A DNA stretch of 64,000 nucleotides, taken from Tannerellaceae bacterium (GTDB lineage: Bacteria > Bacteroidota > Bacteroidia > Bacteroidales > Tannerellaceae). The notes under the pieces were generated by a model. The model saw only the letters and a program-made list of their open reading frames with translations, searched no databases and was not told the origin of the DNA. Positions 37,364 to 45,962 of this stretch are shown here, piece by piece (positions within the stretch are counted from its first letter, which is position 1; every line of letters begins with the position of its first letter). The DNA lies in NCBI GenBank assembly GCA_031255855.1, contig JAIRRS010000002.1, positions 227 to 64,226 of the forward strand, written 5' to 3'. Position numbers and translations under genes: made by a program.

Positions 37364-37747
37364 ATGAAGAAAGAGAAATTTCATATTGAATACGTTTTTG
37401 ATACCGTTTCGCGAAGAAGTTTATGGAATCATCTTACCACGCCTCCGGGACTGTCTTCATGGTTCGCCGACGATGTTTCAATCAACGATAACAAGTATAT
37501 CTTTAAATGGGACAAGGAAGAGGAGGAAGCTGAAGTAATGTCTATGAAACCGGAAATAAGCGTCCGTTACCGATGGACTGACAATGACGATGATACATCC
37601 TATTTTGAATTTCTTATCCATACCATAGAACTAACCGGAGCCATCGCGCTTGAAATAACAGACTTTGCCGAACCTGATGAAAAAGAAGATTCCATCGAAT
37701 TATGGGATTCCCAAATCATTGAATTAAAGCGCACATTAGGTATTTAA
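37364..37747 (+). CDS. Small conserved hypothetical protein (SRPBCC/START-like suspected)
   Basis: The 127-aa protein has no signal peptide. It has the pattern HIEYVF…LWNHLTTPPGLSSWFADDV and an acidic C-terminal half. The fold assignment is from memory only. Confidence 0.6.
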   Translation: MKKEKFHIEYVFDTVSRRSLWNHLTTPPGLSSWFADDVSINDNKYIFKWDKEEEEAEVMSMKPEISVRYRWTDNDDDTSYFEFLIHTIELTGAIALEITDFAEPDEKEDSIELWDSQIIELKRTLGI

Positions 37748-37761
37748 TACCTTTTTTTCAC

Positions 37762-37769
37762 TACTTTTG
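37762..37769 (+). promoter_or_regulatory. Candidate -7 box TActTTTG upstream of the LptF/G-like gene
   Basis: It is an exact TAnnTTTG match ending 20 nt upstream of the ATG at 37789. Confidence 0.4.
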
Positions 37770-37788
37770 CCCATTCAATGGATAGGCA

Positions 37789-39708
37789 ATGCTGAAAATT
37801 AAGCGACTATATACATTCATACTGCAAACATTCCTGCCGCTGCTCGTCATGACTTTTGGCATTTGTTTGTTTATCGTACTTATGCAGTTTATTTGGAGGT
37901 ATATAGACGACATGGTAGGGAAAGGACTTGAGATTCTGGTGTTGGGAGAGATGCTTTTTTACGCGGCCTTGCATTTAGTTCCTATGGCTCTTCCTCTTGC
38001 CATTTTGCTGGCTTCCCTTATGACCTTTGGTAATTTAGGCGAACAGTTGGAACTTCTGGCCATGAAGTCGGCAGGCGTTTCGCTGATAAATATCATGAAA
38101 CCCCTTATTATTTTTATTGCCTTCATCAGTACCGGCGCATTTTTCTTTCAGAATAATGTGATGCCTGTTGCACAGGTAAAGTTGTATTCCCTGCTGTGGT
38201 CCATGCGGCAAAAATCACCGGAACTGGATATTCCCGAAGGCGTTTTTTATTCAGAAATTGCAGGTTACAATATATATGTAAGGGACAAAAGCGACAGGAG
38301 TGGCCTGCTGCAAAATTTGATGATTTATGATTACTCCGAAGGTTTTAACAATGCCCGCGTATTCGTTGCCGATTCGGGTAGATTGAAAATGTCCACCGAT
38401 AAGTTATTCCTTATATTAACCTTATACAGTGGTGAGTCGTTTGAGAACGTACACCCGCAATCAAGCTCCACCCACTCCAAAGACGCCGTACCCTACAGGA
38501 GGGAAACCTTCCAAAGCAAGGAACTTTTTATTGAATTCGACGCTAATTTCAACCGCACGGATGAATCACTCTTCCAAAACAATTATATTGGTAAGAATCT
38601 GGAAAACCTCCAAACATCCATAGACTCGATGTCGATGCGATTGGACAGTATCAAAGAAGTAAACGCTGATAATGTGTATGCCGCTTCGTATAAGAAGACA
38701 TTCCCAAGACCACCTCGAAGAGGAATTCCTGATAATACTGCCGATACTCAAACAACACCTCAGGCAGAAACACCTATTTTGAACTTCGATAGTCTTTATC
38801 AGTCGCAGAATCCAAGCAGTCAAGTATCCATGCTTACTCGTACGAAGTCATCGCTTGAATATATGAAATCCGATTACTTCTTCAAGGCTGCAACAATCGG
38901 AGACGAATCATTAAAGTTGCGCAGGCATATAACCGAATGGCATAGGAAATTTACGGTTCCTTTTGCCTGCTTAGTATTTTTCTTTATTGGCGCACCTTTA
39001 GGAGCTATTATCCGGAAGGGTGGATTGGGTACACCGGTGATTATATCGGTTATACTCTTTATTTTCTATTATGTTATAGATAATATCGGCTTTAAAATGG
39101 CACGCGATGGCGTTTGGCAAGCTTGGCAAGGTATGTGGCTTAGTTCGGCGGTTTTAGCTCCATTGGGGATATTCCTCACTTATAAAGCTGTCAACGATTC
39201 TGTTATTTTAAATGCGGATACTTACCTGAATGCGCTCAAAAGCCTGATAGGTAAACGTAGCAACCGCAAGGTAGAAAAGAAAGAAATAATCATTTTCAGC
39301 CCTGATTACCCAAGCCTCGTTCCGCGTCTTGACCAGCTTATTACAGACTGCCACACTTATCTGAAAAAGCACAAACGCTGGATAAATTATCTCACCTATT
39401 GGAAAAAAGGAGGAAAGGATTCTGCTGCCGAAAAACTGGCTTTGGAAATGGAAAGTATTGTGGACGAATTATCCAATTCCGACCAGAACCTTGTACTCAA
39501 TAAACTTATGGACTATCCCATTATCGGAGGATATAAACAATTAGGCGCTCATTTGGATAAAAGAATCGGCCTACTCATCGGTTTATTCCTCCCCCTAGGC
39601 TTACCTGTTTACTTTATAGCGACCTACCAACGAAAATTATTGTGCCAGGATATTAATACCGTTATGAAAGTAAGCCAGGAATTAAAGGACATGATTTCAG
39701 ATTTATAA
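37789..39708 (+). CDS. LptF/LptG-family (YjgP/YjgQ) LPS export permease, long form
   Basis: It has N-terminal TM helices with the family-typical [16 protein letters not shown]…FI…D. A large periplasmic insert is followed by further TM helices ([25 protein letters not shown]) and a ~170-aa C-terminal extension. Confidence 0.85.
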   Translation: MLKIKRLYTFILQTFLPLLVMTFGICLFIVLMQFIWRYIDDMVGKGLEILVLGEMLFYAALHLVPMALPLAILLASLMTFGNLGEQLELLAMKSAGVSLINIMKPLIIFIAFISTGAFFFQNNVMPVAQVKLYSLLWSMRQKSPELDIPEGVFYSEIAGYNIYVRDKSDRSGLLQNLMIYDYSEGFNNARVFVADSGRLKMSTDKLFLILTLYSGESFENVHPQSSSTHSKDAVPYRRETFQSKELFIEFDANFNRTDESLFQNNYIGKNLENLQTSIDSMSMRLDSIKEVNADNVYAASYKKTFPRPPRRGIPDNTADTQTTPQAETPILNFDSLYQSQNPSSQVSMLTRTKSSLEYMKSDYFFKAATIGDESLKLRRHITEWHRKFTVPFACLVFFFIGAPLGAIIRKGGLGTPVIISVILFIFYYVIDNIGFKMARDGVWQAWQGMWLSSAVLAPLGIFLTYKAVNDSVILNADTYLNALKSLIGKRSNRKVEKKEIIIFSPDYPSLVPRLDQLITDCHTYLKKHKRWINYLTYWKKGGKDSAAEKLALEMESIVDELSNSDQNLVLNKLMDYPIIGGYKQLGAHLDKRIGLLIGLFLPLGLPVYFIATYQRKLLCQDINTVMKVSQELKDMISDL

Positions 39709-39724
39709 TCTCCCTTTATTTCAT

Positions 39725-39732
39725 TACCTTTG
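39725..39732 (+). promoter_or_regulatory. Candidate -7 box TAccTTTG upstream of ribBA
   Basis: It is an exact TAnnTTTG match ending 29 nt upstream of the ATG at 39761. Confidence 0.4.
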
Positions 39733-39760
39733 TTTTCAAATTAAGAAAACACAAACTAAT

Positions 39761-40978
39761 ATGAGTAATATAAAGCTAAACACCATTGAGGAAGCTATTG
39801 AAGATTTCCGGGAAGGAAAGTTCCTAATTGTTGTAGACGATGAAGATCGCGAGAATGAAGGTGATTTCATAGTCGCAGCTGAAAAAATAACTCCAGAGAA
39901 AGTTAATTTCATGATGACATACGGTAAAGGTGTCCTTTGTGTTCCTATTACTGAAGAACGTTGTGAAGAATTAGAGCTGGAGATGCAGGTCAGCCACAAC
40001 ACCTCTATTCTGGAAACTCCTTTTACTGTAACTGTAGACAAACTGGGAGGAGACTGCACGACCGGCGTATCCATGTTCGACAGGGCACAGACAATATTGG
40101 CACTTGCCAACCCGAATACGAAAGCATCGGATTTGGGGAGACCTGGCCACATCAATCCACTCAGGGCGCGTTCCCGAGGGGTATTGCGCCGTTCAGGACA
40201 TACGGAAGCGGCCGTTGACTTAGCTCGTCTTGCCGGGCTTTATCCGGCCGGAGCACTAATTGAGATTATCAATGATGATGGCACGATGGCACGTCTTCCC
40301 GATTTAATAAAAATCGCCCAAAAGTTCGATATTAAAATTATCAGCATCCGGGACTTGATTGCTCACCGCCTAAGAGAAGAATCCATTGTTGAGCAAGGTG
40401 TTGAAGTAGATATGCCCACCGAATACGGGCATTTCCACCTGATTCCCTTCAGACAAAAGAGTAACGGGCTCGAGCATATCGCCTTGATCAAAGGTGAATT
40501 TTCGAAAGACGAATCCATACTGGTACGTGTACATTCATCTTGCGCTACAGGCGATATATTCGGCTCAATGCGTTGTGAATGTGGCGAACAACTGCATAAA
40601 TCTCTGGAGATGATTGAAAAAGAAGGAAAAGGGGTGGTTGTTTACCTCAGCCAAGAAGGGCGTGGAATCGGTCTGATGGAAAAAATGAAAGCCTATAAAC
40701 TGCAGGAGAACGGCTTGGATACAGTAGATGCCAACCTCCATTTAGGTCACCAGGCAGATGAAAGGGACTATGGTGTGGGAGCACAGATATTGTGTCACTT
40801 AGGGGTGACAAAAATGCGCCTGATAACAAACAATCCAGTCAAGCGGGTTGGCTTGGAAGCATATGGATTAACTGTCGTTGAAAACGTTTCCATAGAAATT
40901 ACTCCCAATAAATATAACGCGTTCTATTTGAAAACAAAAAAAGAACGGATGGGGCATATGCTCCACAACATTAAATGA
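39761..40978 (+). CDS. ribBA: Bifunctional 3,4-dihydroxy-2-butanone-4-phosphate synthase / GTP cyclohydrolase II
   Basis: The DHBP synthase block is [12 protein letters not shown]…[14 protein letters not shown]. The GTP cyclohydrolase II block is [24 protein letters not shown]…[11 protein letters not shown]. Confidence 0.95.
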   Translation: MSNIKLNTIEEAIEDFREGKFLIVVDDEDRENEGDFIVAAEKITPEKVNFMMTYGKGVLCVPITEERCEELELEMQVSHNTSILETPFTVTVDKLGGDCTTGVSMFDRAQTILALANPNTKASDLGRPGHINPLRARSRGVLRRSGHTEAAVDLARLAGLYPAGALIEIINDDGTMARLPDLIKIAQKFDIKIISIRDLIAHRLREESIVEQGVEVDMPTEYGHFHLIPFRQKSNGLEHIALIKGEFSKDESILVRVHSSCATGDIFGSMRCECGEQLHKSLEMIEKEGKGVVVYLSQEGRGIGLMEKMKAYKLQENGLDTVDANLHLGHQADERDYGVGAQILCHLGVTKMRLITNNPVKRVGLEAYGLTVVENVSIEITPNKYNAFYLKTKKERMGHMLHNIK

Positions 40979-41012
40979 TTGACAGATTATTGCTGTTTAT
41001 CTGATTATTACC

Positions 41013-41020
41013 TAATTTTG
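41013..41020 (+). promoter_or_regulatory. Candidate -7 box TAatTTTG upstream of the aminotransferase gene
   Basis: It is an exact TAnnTTTG match ending 38 nt upstream of the ATG at 41058. Confidence 0.4.
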
Positions 41021-41057
41021 TCGCATTAACATAAATAAACTATACAAAATCACAGTC

Positions 41058-42251
41058 ATGACGCAAGTTTCAGAACGTTTAGCAAGTTTATCGCCTTCGG
41101 AAACCCTGGCGATGTCACAAAAAAGCAATGAGCTTAAAGCTCAAGGTGTTGACGTCATTAATTTAAGTGTGGGAGAACCTGACTTCTTCACACCTGACCA
41201 TATCAAAGAAGCGGCAAAGAAAGCGATTGACGATAACTTCTCTTTCTATCCTCCCGTTCCCGGATATATGGATCTCCGAAAAGCAATTGTAGATAAACTA
41301 AAACGCGAAAACGGACTTGATTACACTACCGACCAGATTATTGTATCAGGAGGAGCCAAGCAATCGGTTTGTAATGCATTATTAAGTATTATTGGCCCGG
41401 GTGACGAAGTGATTGTCCCCGCCCCATATTGGGTAAGTTATGTGGAAATGGTGAAACTAGCTGAAGGTACGAACGTAATTATTGAAGCTGGCATCGAACA
41501 GGATTTCAAGATTACACCTGCTCAATTGGAAGCAGTTATCACGCCTAAGACAAAAGCGATTATCCTCTGTTCGCCTTCCAATCCTACCGGAAGTGTTTAC
41601 ACGAATGAAGAATTAAAAGGATTAGCAGATGTATTGGTAAAACATCCGAATATCATCATATTGGCAGATGAAATATACGAACACATCAACTATATTGGCA
41701 AACATGAAAGCATTGCCCAGTTTGATTATATCAAAGACCGAGTAGTTGTTATCAACGGTGTATCAAAAGCGTATGCAATGACAGGCTGGCGTATTGGTTT
41801 CATCGCCGCTCCGCTTTGGATCGCCAAGGCATGTAACAAATTACAAGGTCAATATACATCCGGTCCCTGCTCGATTGCCCAAAAAGCATCTGTAGCAGCT
41901 TTTAACGGCCCACAAGAATGTGTGACAGAGATGCGAGAAGCTTTTCTTCGCCGTCGTGACCTGGTTATCAAATTATGCCAAGATATTCCGGGAATTAAAA
42001 TAAGTGTTCCGCAGGGTGCTTTCTACCTGTTTCCGGAACTTGATTACTATTTTGGGAAAAGTGCGGGTGAGAGAACGGTTGAAAATGCGTCCGACCTCGC
42101 CATGTACCTATTGGAGGTAGGCCACGTAGCTACTGTAGGAGGTGCCGCATTTGGCGCTCCGAAATGCCTACGCTTTTCGTATGCTACCTCAGATGAAAAT
42201 CTGATAGAAGCCATAAACCGTATTAAAAAAGCATTAGCTGACTTAAAATAA
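41058..42251 (+). CDS. Class I PLP-dependent aminotransferase (aspartate aminotransferase-like)
   Basis: It has INLSVGEPDF, PSNPTGSVY and the PLP-lysine motif GVSKAYAMTGWRIGF. The length is 397 aa. Confidence 0.9.
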   Translation: MTQVSERLASLSPSETLAMSQKSNELKAQGVDVINLSVGEPDFFTPDHIKEAAKKAIDDNFSFYPPVPGYMDLRKAIVDKLKRENGLDYTTDQIIVSGGAKQSVCNALLSIIGPGDEVIVPAPYWVSYVEMVKLAEGTNVIIEAGIEQDFKITPAQLEAVITPKTKAIILCSPSNPTGSVYTNEELKGLADVLVKHPNIIILADEIYEHINYIGKHESIAQFDYIKDRVVVINGVSKAYAMTGWRIGFIAAPLWIAKACNKLQGQYTSGPCSIAQKASVAAFNGPQECVTEMREAFLRRRDLVIKLCQDIPGIKISVPQGAFYLFPELDYYFGKSAGERTVENASDLAMYLLEVGHVATVGGAAFGAPKCLRFSYATSDENLIEAINRIKKALADLK

Positions 42252-42268
42252 AACAGAACGTGTCCTGC

Positions 42269-42303
42269 AAAAAAGGCTACCCGGAATCGAGTAGCCTTTT
42301 TTT
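42269..42303. terminator. Bidirectional terminator between the convergent aminotransferase and tsf genes
   Basis: aaaaggctac (42271-42280) pairs with gtagcctttt (42291-42300) around a 10-nt loop. It has an A-run on the left and a T-run on the right. Confidence 0.65.
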
Positions 42304-42325
42304 ATATATTTAACTTAACCAACCG

Positions 42326-43153
42326 TTATTCAACATTCAACGTTACACGCCTGAAGGCAGTAGCCGTCAAATCTTTATTCTGTTGTTTCAAGTATTGATC
42401 GATTGTCAGTTTGTTGTCTTTCACAAATTCTTGTTGCAACAGTGTATTATCTTTATAGAATTTCTGCAAAGCGCCTTCGGCAATACGGTCTAACAAGTTT
42501 TCAGGTTTTCCTGCCTGGCGAGCCTTGTCGCGCGCTATATCCATTTCCTGGTCGATAATCTTCTTTTCAACTTCTCCCGGGGTAACCGCTACAGGGTTCA
42601 TTGCTGCAACCTGCATAGCTACATCGCGTGCAACCTGGTATTCTATGCCGGCTTGGTTGAAAGCAACAATTGTCGCCAGTTTATTACCCGGATGGATATA
42701 AGAAATGGTAGATGCTCCATTCAGGCATTCGTAGAAACCTAACTCCATCTTTTCACCCGTTACACCGATACGGTCGGTGATATGGTCTTGCACAAGACGT
42801 CCGTCACTCATCGGAGAAGCTAATAATTCATCCAAAGAAGCCGGTTTTTTGTCCATTGCAATATTCAGGATATCTTTTGTCAAAGCAATAAACTGTTCGT
42901 TCTTAGCTACAAAGTCGGTTTCACATTTCAAAGCAACGATTGCAGCAAACCCGTCTTTACTTTCAGCTAATACACAACCTTCTGCTGCTTCACGGTCTGA
43001 ACGTTTTGCGGCTACTGCCTGTCCTTTTTTACGAATAATTTCCATTGCCTTGTCGAAGTCGCCACTGGCTTCTTCCAAAGCTCCTTTACAGTCCATCATC
43101 CCCGCGCCGCTCATTTTACGCAACTTGGAGATATCTGCCATTGTAACTGCCAT
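42326..43153 (-). CDS. tsf: Translation elongation factor Ts
   Basis: It has the UBA-like start ADISKLRKMSGAGMMDCKGAL and the dimerisation core. It lies directly downstream of rpsB, the conserved arrangement. Confidence 0.95.
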   Translation of the reverse strand: MAVTMADISKLRKMSGAGMMDCKGALEEASGDFDKAMEIIRKKGQAVAAKRSDREAAEGCVLAESKDGFAAIVALKCETDFVAKNEQFIALTKDILNIAMDKKPASLDELLASPMSDGRLVQDHITDRIGVTGEKMELGFYECLNGASTISYIHPGNKLATIVAFNQAGIEYQVARDVAMQVAAMNPVAVTPGEVEKKIIDQEMDIARDKARQAGKPENLLDRIAEGALQKFYKDNTLLQQEFVKDNKLTIDQYLKQQNKDLTATAFRRVTLNVE

Positions 43154-43174
43154 ATTTATTTTTCCTTTCTTTAT

Positions 43175-44026
43175 TTATTCTTCGTCTAATTCAACATCTT
43201 TAGCTACTTTGCCGATAACAGCTGCGTTAATCGCTTCGTCATCTTCTTTCTTGGTGCGTTCTTTTTTCGCCGTAGCTTTTGCTTTACGTTCCCTTCTTGG
43301 CGCCACATCGTCAGCCGATTCAGAATCTGCTTTCTCTGCTTTACGTTCCTGTAAACCTTCGTTGATTGCTTCACAAACAGCGCCCAAGATAACTTCTACC
43401 GATTTGGTAGCGTCGTCATTGGCTGGAATTACAAAGTCAATATTGTCTGGATTAGAGTTTGTGTCTACCATCCCGAATACCGGAATACCTAAACGATTCG
43501 CCTCGCGAACTGCAATATGTTCTTTCATTACATCAACAACAAACAAAGCAGAAGGAAGACGTGTAAGATCCATGATAGAACCCAGCATCTTTTCTAATTT
43601 TGCGCGTTGGCGTGTAATCTGAAGTTTTTCTCTTTTCGAAAGATTATCAAATGTACCGTCTTTTGTCATTTTATCGATGGTAGTCATCTTCTTGATGGCT
43701 TTACGGATAGTCGGGAAGTTGGTCAACATACCGCCCGGCCAGCGTTCGATAACGTAAGGCATACCTACTGAAGTAGCCTTATCAGCAACAATTTGTTTAG
43801 CTTGTTTTTTGGTCGCTACAAAAAGGATTTTCTTGCCTGAACGGGCAAGGTTTTTCATTACTTCCGCAGCTTCGTCTACTTTCGCAACTGTTTTATGTAA
43901 ATCAATGATATGAATACCATTTCGCTCCATGAATATATAAGGAGCCATCGCAGGATTCCACTTTCTTTTTAAGTGTCCGAAGTGAACACCTGCTTCTAAT
44001 AATTGATCAAAATTAACTCTTGACAT
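43175..44026 (-). CDS. rpsB: 30S ribosomal protein S2
   Basis: It has LLEAGVHFGHLKRKWNPAMAPYIF…NGIHIIDL. It also carries the charged C-terminal tail common in Bacteroidota. Confidence 0.95.
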   Translation of the reverse strand: MSRVNFDQLLEAGVHFGHLKRKWNPAMAPYIFMERNGIHIIDLHKTVAKVDEAAEVMKNLARSGKKILFVATKKQAKQIVADKATSVGMPYVIERWPGGMLTNFPTIRKAIKKMTTIDKMTKDGTFDNLSKREKLQITRQRAKLEKMLGSIMDLTRLPSALFVVDVMKEHIAVREANRLGIPVFGMVDTNSNPDNIDFVIPANDDATKSVEVILGAVCEAINEGLQERKAEKADSESADDVAPRRERKAKATAKKERTKKEDDEAINAAVIGKVAKDVELDEE

Positions 44027-44166
44027 TTTTTACTTTTTAAATCGTTTACATTCTGTTTTACCATTCAACCATCAGGTAGTTCCCCAACATATCAACATGC
44101 AAAAGAAATCCTGACAATTTAGATACTAAACGCGTCTTTTTGTTTGTAAGATACTCACAAATAAGG

Positions 44167-44553
44167 TTAACGTTTACTGAACTGGAATTTCTTACGTGCT
44201 TTCGGACGTCCCGGCTTTTTACGCTCAACAACGCGTGGATCACGTGTAATGAATCCTTCTCCTCTTAATGCTGGTTTATCTTCCGGATTGATTTTAACCA
44301 ATGCGCGGGCGATGGCCAAACGGGCTGCTTCAGATTGTCCTTTGAAACCGCCTCCATCTAAATTAATACGGATGTCATATTTTTCGGTTACATCCAATTT
44401 AGCAAGCGGTTGTTTAACGATAAACTGAAGGATTGAAGAAGGAAAGTAATTCTCAAGGTCACGTTTGTTGATAGTAATCTTACCTGTACCTTCGCTTACG
44501 TAAACGCGTGCAACTGCTGCTTTACGTCTTCCTATTGCATTTACTACTTCCAT
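44167..44553 (-). CDS. rpsI: 30S ribosomal protein S9
   Basis: It has GRRKAAVARVYV…GKITIN and the C-terminal …KARKKFQFSKR. Confidence 0.95.
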   Translation of the reverse strand: MEVVNAIGRRKAAVARVYVSEGTGKITINKRDLENYFPSSILQFIVKQPLAKLDVTEKYDIRINLDGGGFKGQSEAARLAIARALVKINPEDKPALRGEGFITRDPRVVERKKPGRPKARKKFQFSKR

Positions 44554-44555
44554 AA

Positions 44556-45011
44556 TTATTTAAGTGAGTTTATATCAATTGACTTGGGTTGCTGAGCCTC
44601 ATGTTTGTGCTCTGTACCTGCGTACACATACAAGTTGCCAAGCAACTTTGCTCCCAGACGATTCTTTGGCAACATGCCTTTTACTACTTTACGGAATAAA
44701 CGGTCTTCGCCTTTTTTCATCAAATCGGCTGGCGTAAACTCGCGTTGTCCACCGGGGTATCCGGTATATCTCAAATAAATACGATCGTTCCATTTATTTC
44801 CTGTCAGAACGATTTTGTCTGCATTGATGATAATTACGTTATCACCACAATCAACATGAGGTGTGAAATTGGGTTTGTACTTGCCGCGCAAAAGCTTCGC
44901 AACTTTTGAACACAAGCGACCCAAATGCTGGTCTGTAGCGTCTACTACAACCCATTCTTTCTTTACAGTTGCTTTGTTTGCAGAAATGGTCTTAAAACTT
45001 AAAGTATCCAC
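44556..45011 (-). CDS. rplM: 50S ribosomal protein L13
   Basis: It has KKEWVVVDATDQHLGRLCSKVAKLLRGK…FTPHVDCGD. It lies 2 nt upstream of rpsI, the conserved rplM-rpsI pair. Confidence 0.95.
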   Translation of the reverse strand: MDTLSFKTISANKATVKKEWVVVDATDQHLGRLCSKVAKLLRGKYKPNFTPHVDCGDNVIIINADKIVLTGNKWNDRIYLRYTGYPGGQREFTPADLMKKGEDRLFRKVVKGMLPKNRLGAKLLGNLYVYAGTEHKHEAQQPKSIDINSLK

Positions 45012-45230
45012 TTTCTTTTCAAAATTAATTAATTAATAAATCAAAAAACAAGTTCCCAACATCATCCTTGCCTCGGACACAAGATGCAACAATGTGCTAA
45101 GAACTAAACTCTTAGTAAATTTGGATAATAATCGGCTTGCAAAGGTACGGCTTTTCTTTTAATTACAAAACAATTACGAAGTTTTTCAGTTCGAAAGGAA
45201 TTGGGATTTCCGGTATCCATCGTTTGAAAA

Positions 45231-45866
45231 TTATCCGGGACGGAAAAAATAACCAAGTGAAAAAGTAATGTTGTTATGGTAAACACGAGATTCGTTTTCG
45301 TATTTGTCTACACGCCGGTCTAGTGTGCCGTAAAAGGCATCAATGGAGAAAAAAACATGTTTGTATTCCACGCTTATTCCGCTGTTTATGCCAAGGTCAA
45401 AAGTTTTCATCTTTTTCTCATCATACGATGGCTCCTCTCCTACCCCTTCGACTTTCATTTTCCCCGACAAGTGGAAATTGGGCGCCGGACCTCCAAATAC
45501 AGCCATTCGTACGCCGGTTATGGGAATGTTGAACGCGATGTTCAGTGGTATTTGGAGGGAATAATAGTTGGATTTATATTTCAGTCGGGGGGCGCCTGAC
45601 TCATTGCGGTAGGTGAAATATTTCCCTCCCTGGTTTTCCACGGCAATCTCGGGGCGAAATGAAAAACGGTGGTAAAACGGAATATCTGCCATAACTGCCA
45701 TACTGTATCCGAAGCGTGAACCTGACTGATAATCCAAGTCTACCTTTTGTGTATACGAGGTGCGAGCCAAACCGGCACGAACACCCAACGCCACCTGTCC
45801 TATTACTGGAACGGCTGTTAATCCCAAGATACCGACCAATATCCATTTACATAAATTCGCTCCCAT
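45231..45866 (-). CDS. Small outer-membrane beta-barrel (porin-family / OMP_b-brl_2-like) protein
   Basis: It has a signal peptide and alternating hydrophobic beta-strand periodicity with aromatic girdle residues. The length is ~211 aa. Confidence 0.65.
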   Translation of the reverse strand: MGANLCKWILVGILGLTAVPVIGQVALGVRAGLARTSYTQKVDLDYQSGSRFGYSMAVMADIPFYHRFSFRPEIAVENQGGKYFTYRNESGAPRLKYKSNYYSLQIPLNIAFNIPITGVRMAVFGGPAPNFHLSGKMKVEGVGEEPSYDEKKMKTFDLGINSGISVEYKHVFFSIDAFYGTLDRRVDKYENESRVYHNNITFSLGYFFRPG

Positions 45867-45962
45867 ACAGTAACTTTGTATTACGAAACAAACTTAGACA
45901 AAAATCCGCGAATTATAAACGTGTCGCATAAAAGAGATGAATTTCTATTAATAAATTGCATT

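Noticed and set aside
42777-43622. A 281-aa ORF on the plus strand spanning the tsf/rpsB region. Similar long shadow ORFs occur at 26414-27238 (-), 58334-59152 (-), 54203-55042 (+), 25660-26310 (-) and 31611-32132 (-).
   Set aside because: Each lies antisense to a gene with unmistakable conserved motifs (EF-Ts/S2, M28 peptidase, NadA, HhH barrel, SusC). Their translations are low-complexity (Ser/Ala/Ile or Arg/Gly-rich) with no recognisable motif. They are frame shadows.
44058-44243. A 61-aa minus-strand ORF overlapping the 3' end of rpsI and the rpsB promoter region. Similar cases are 45104-45286 and 7682-7870.
   Set aside because: These overlap well-supported genes or short intergenic regions, have no motifs and sit just above the 60-aa reporting threshold.
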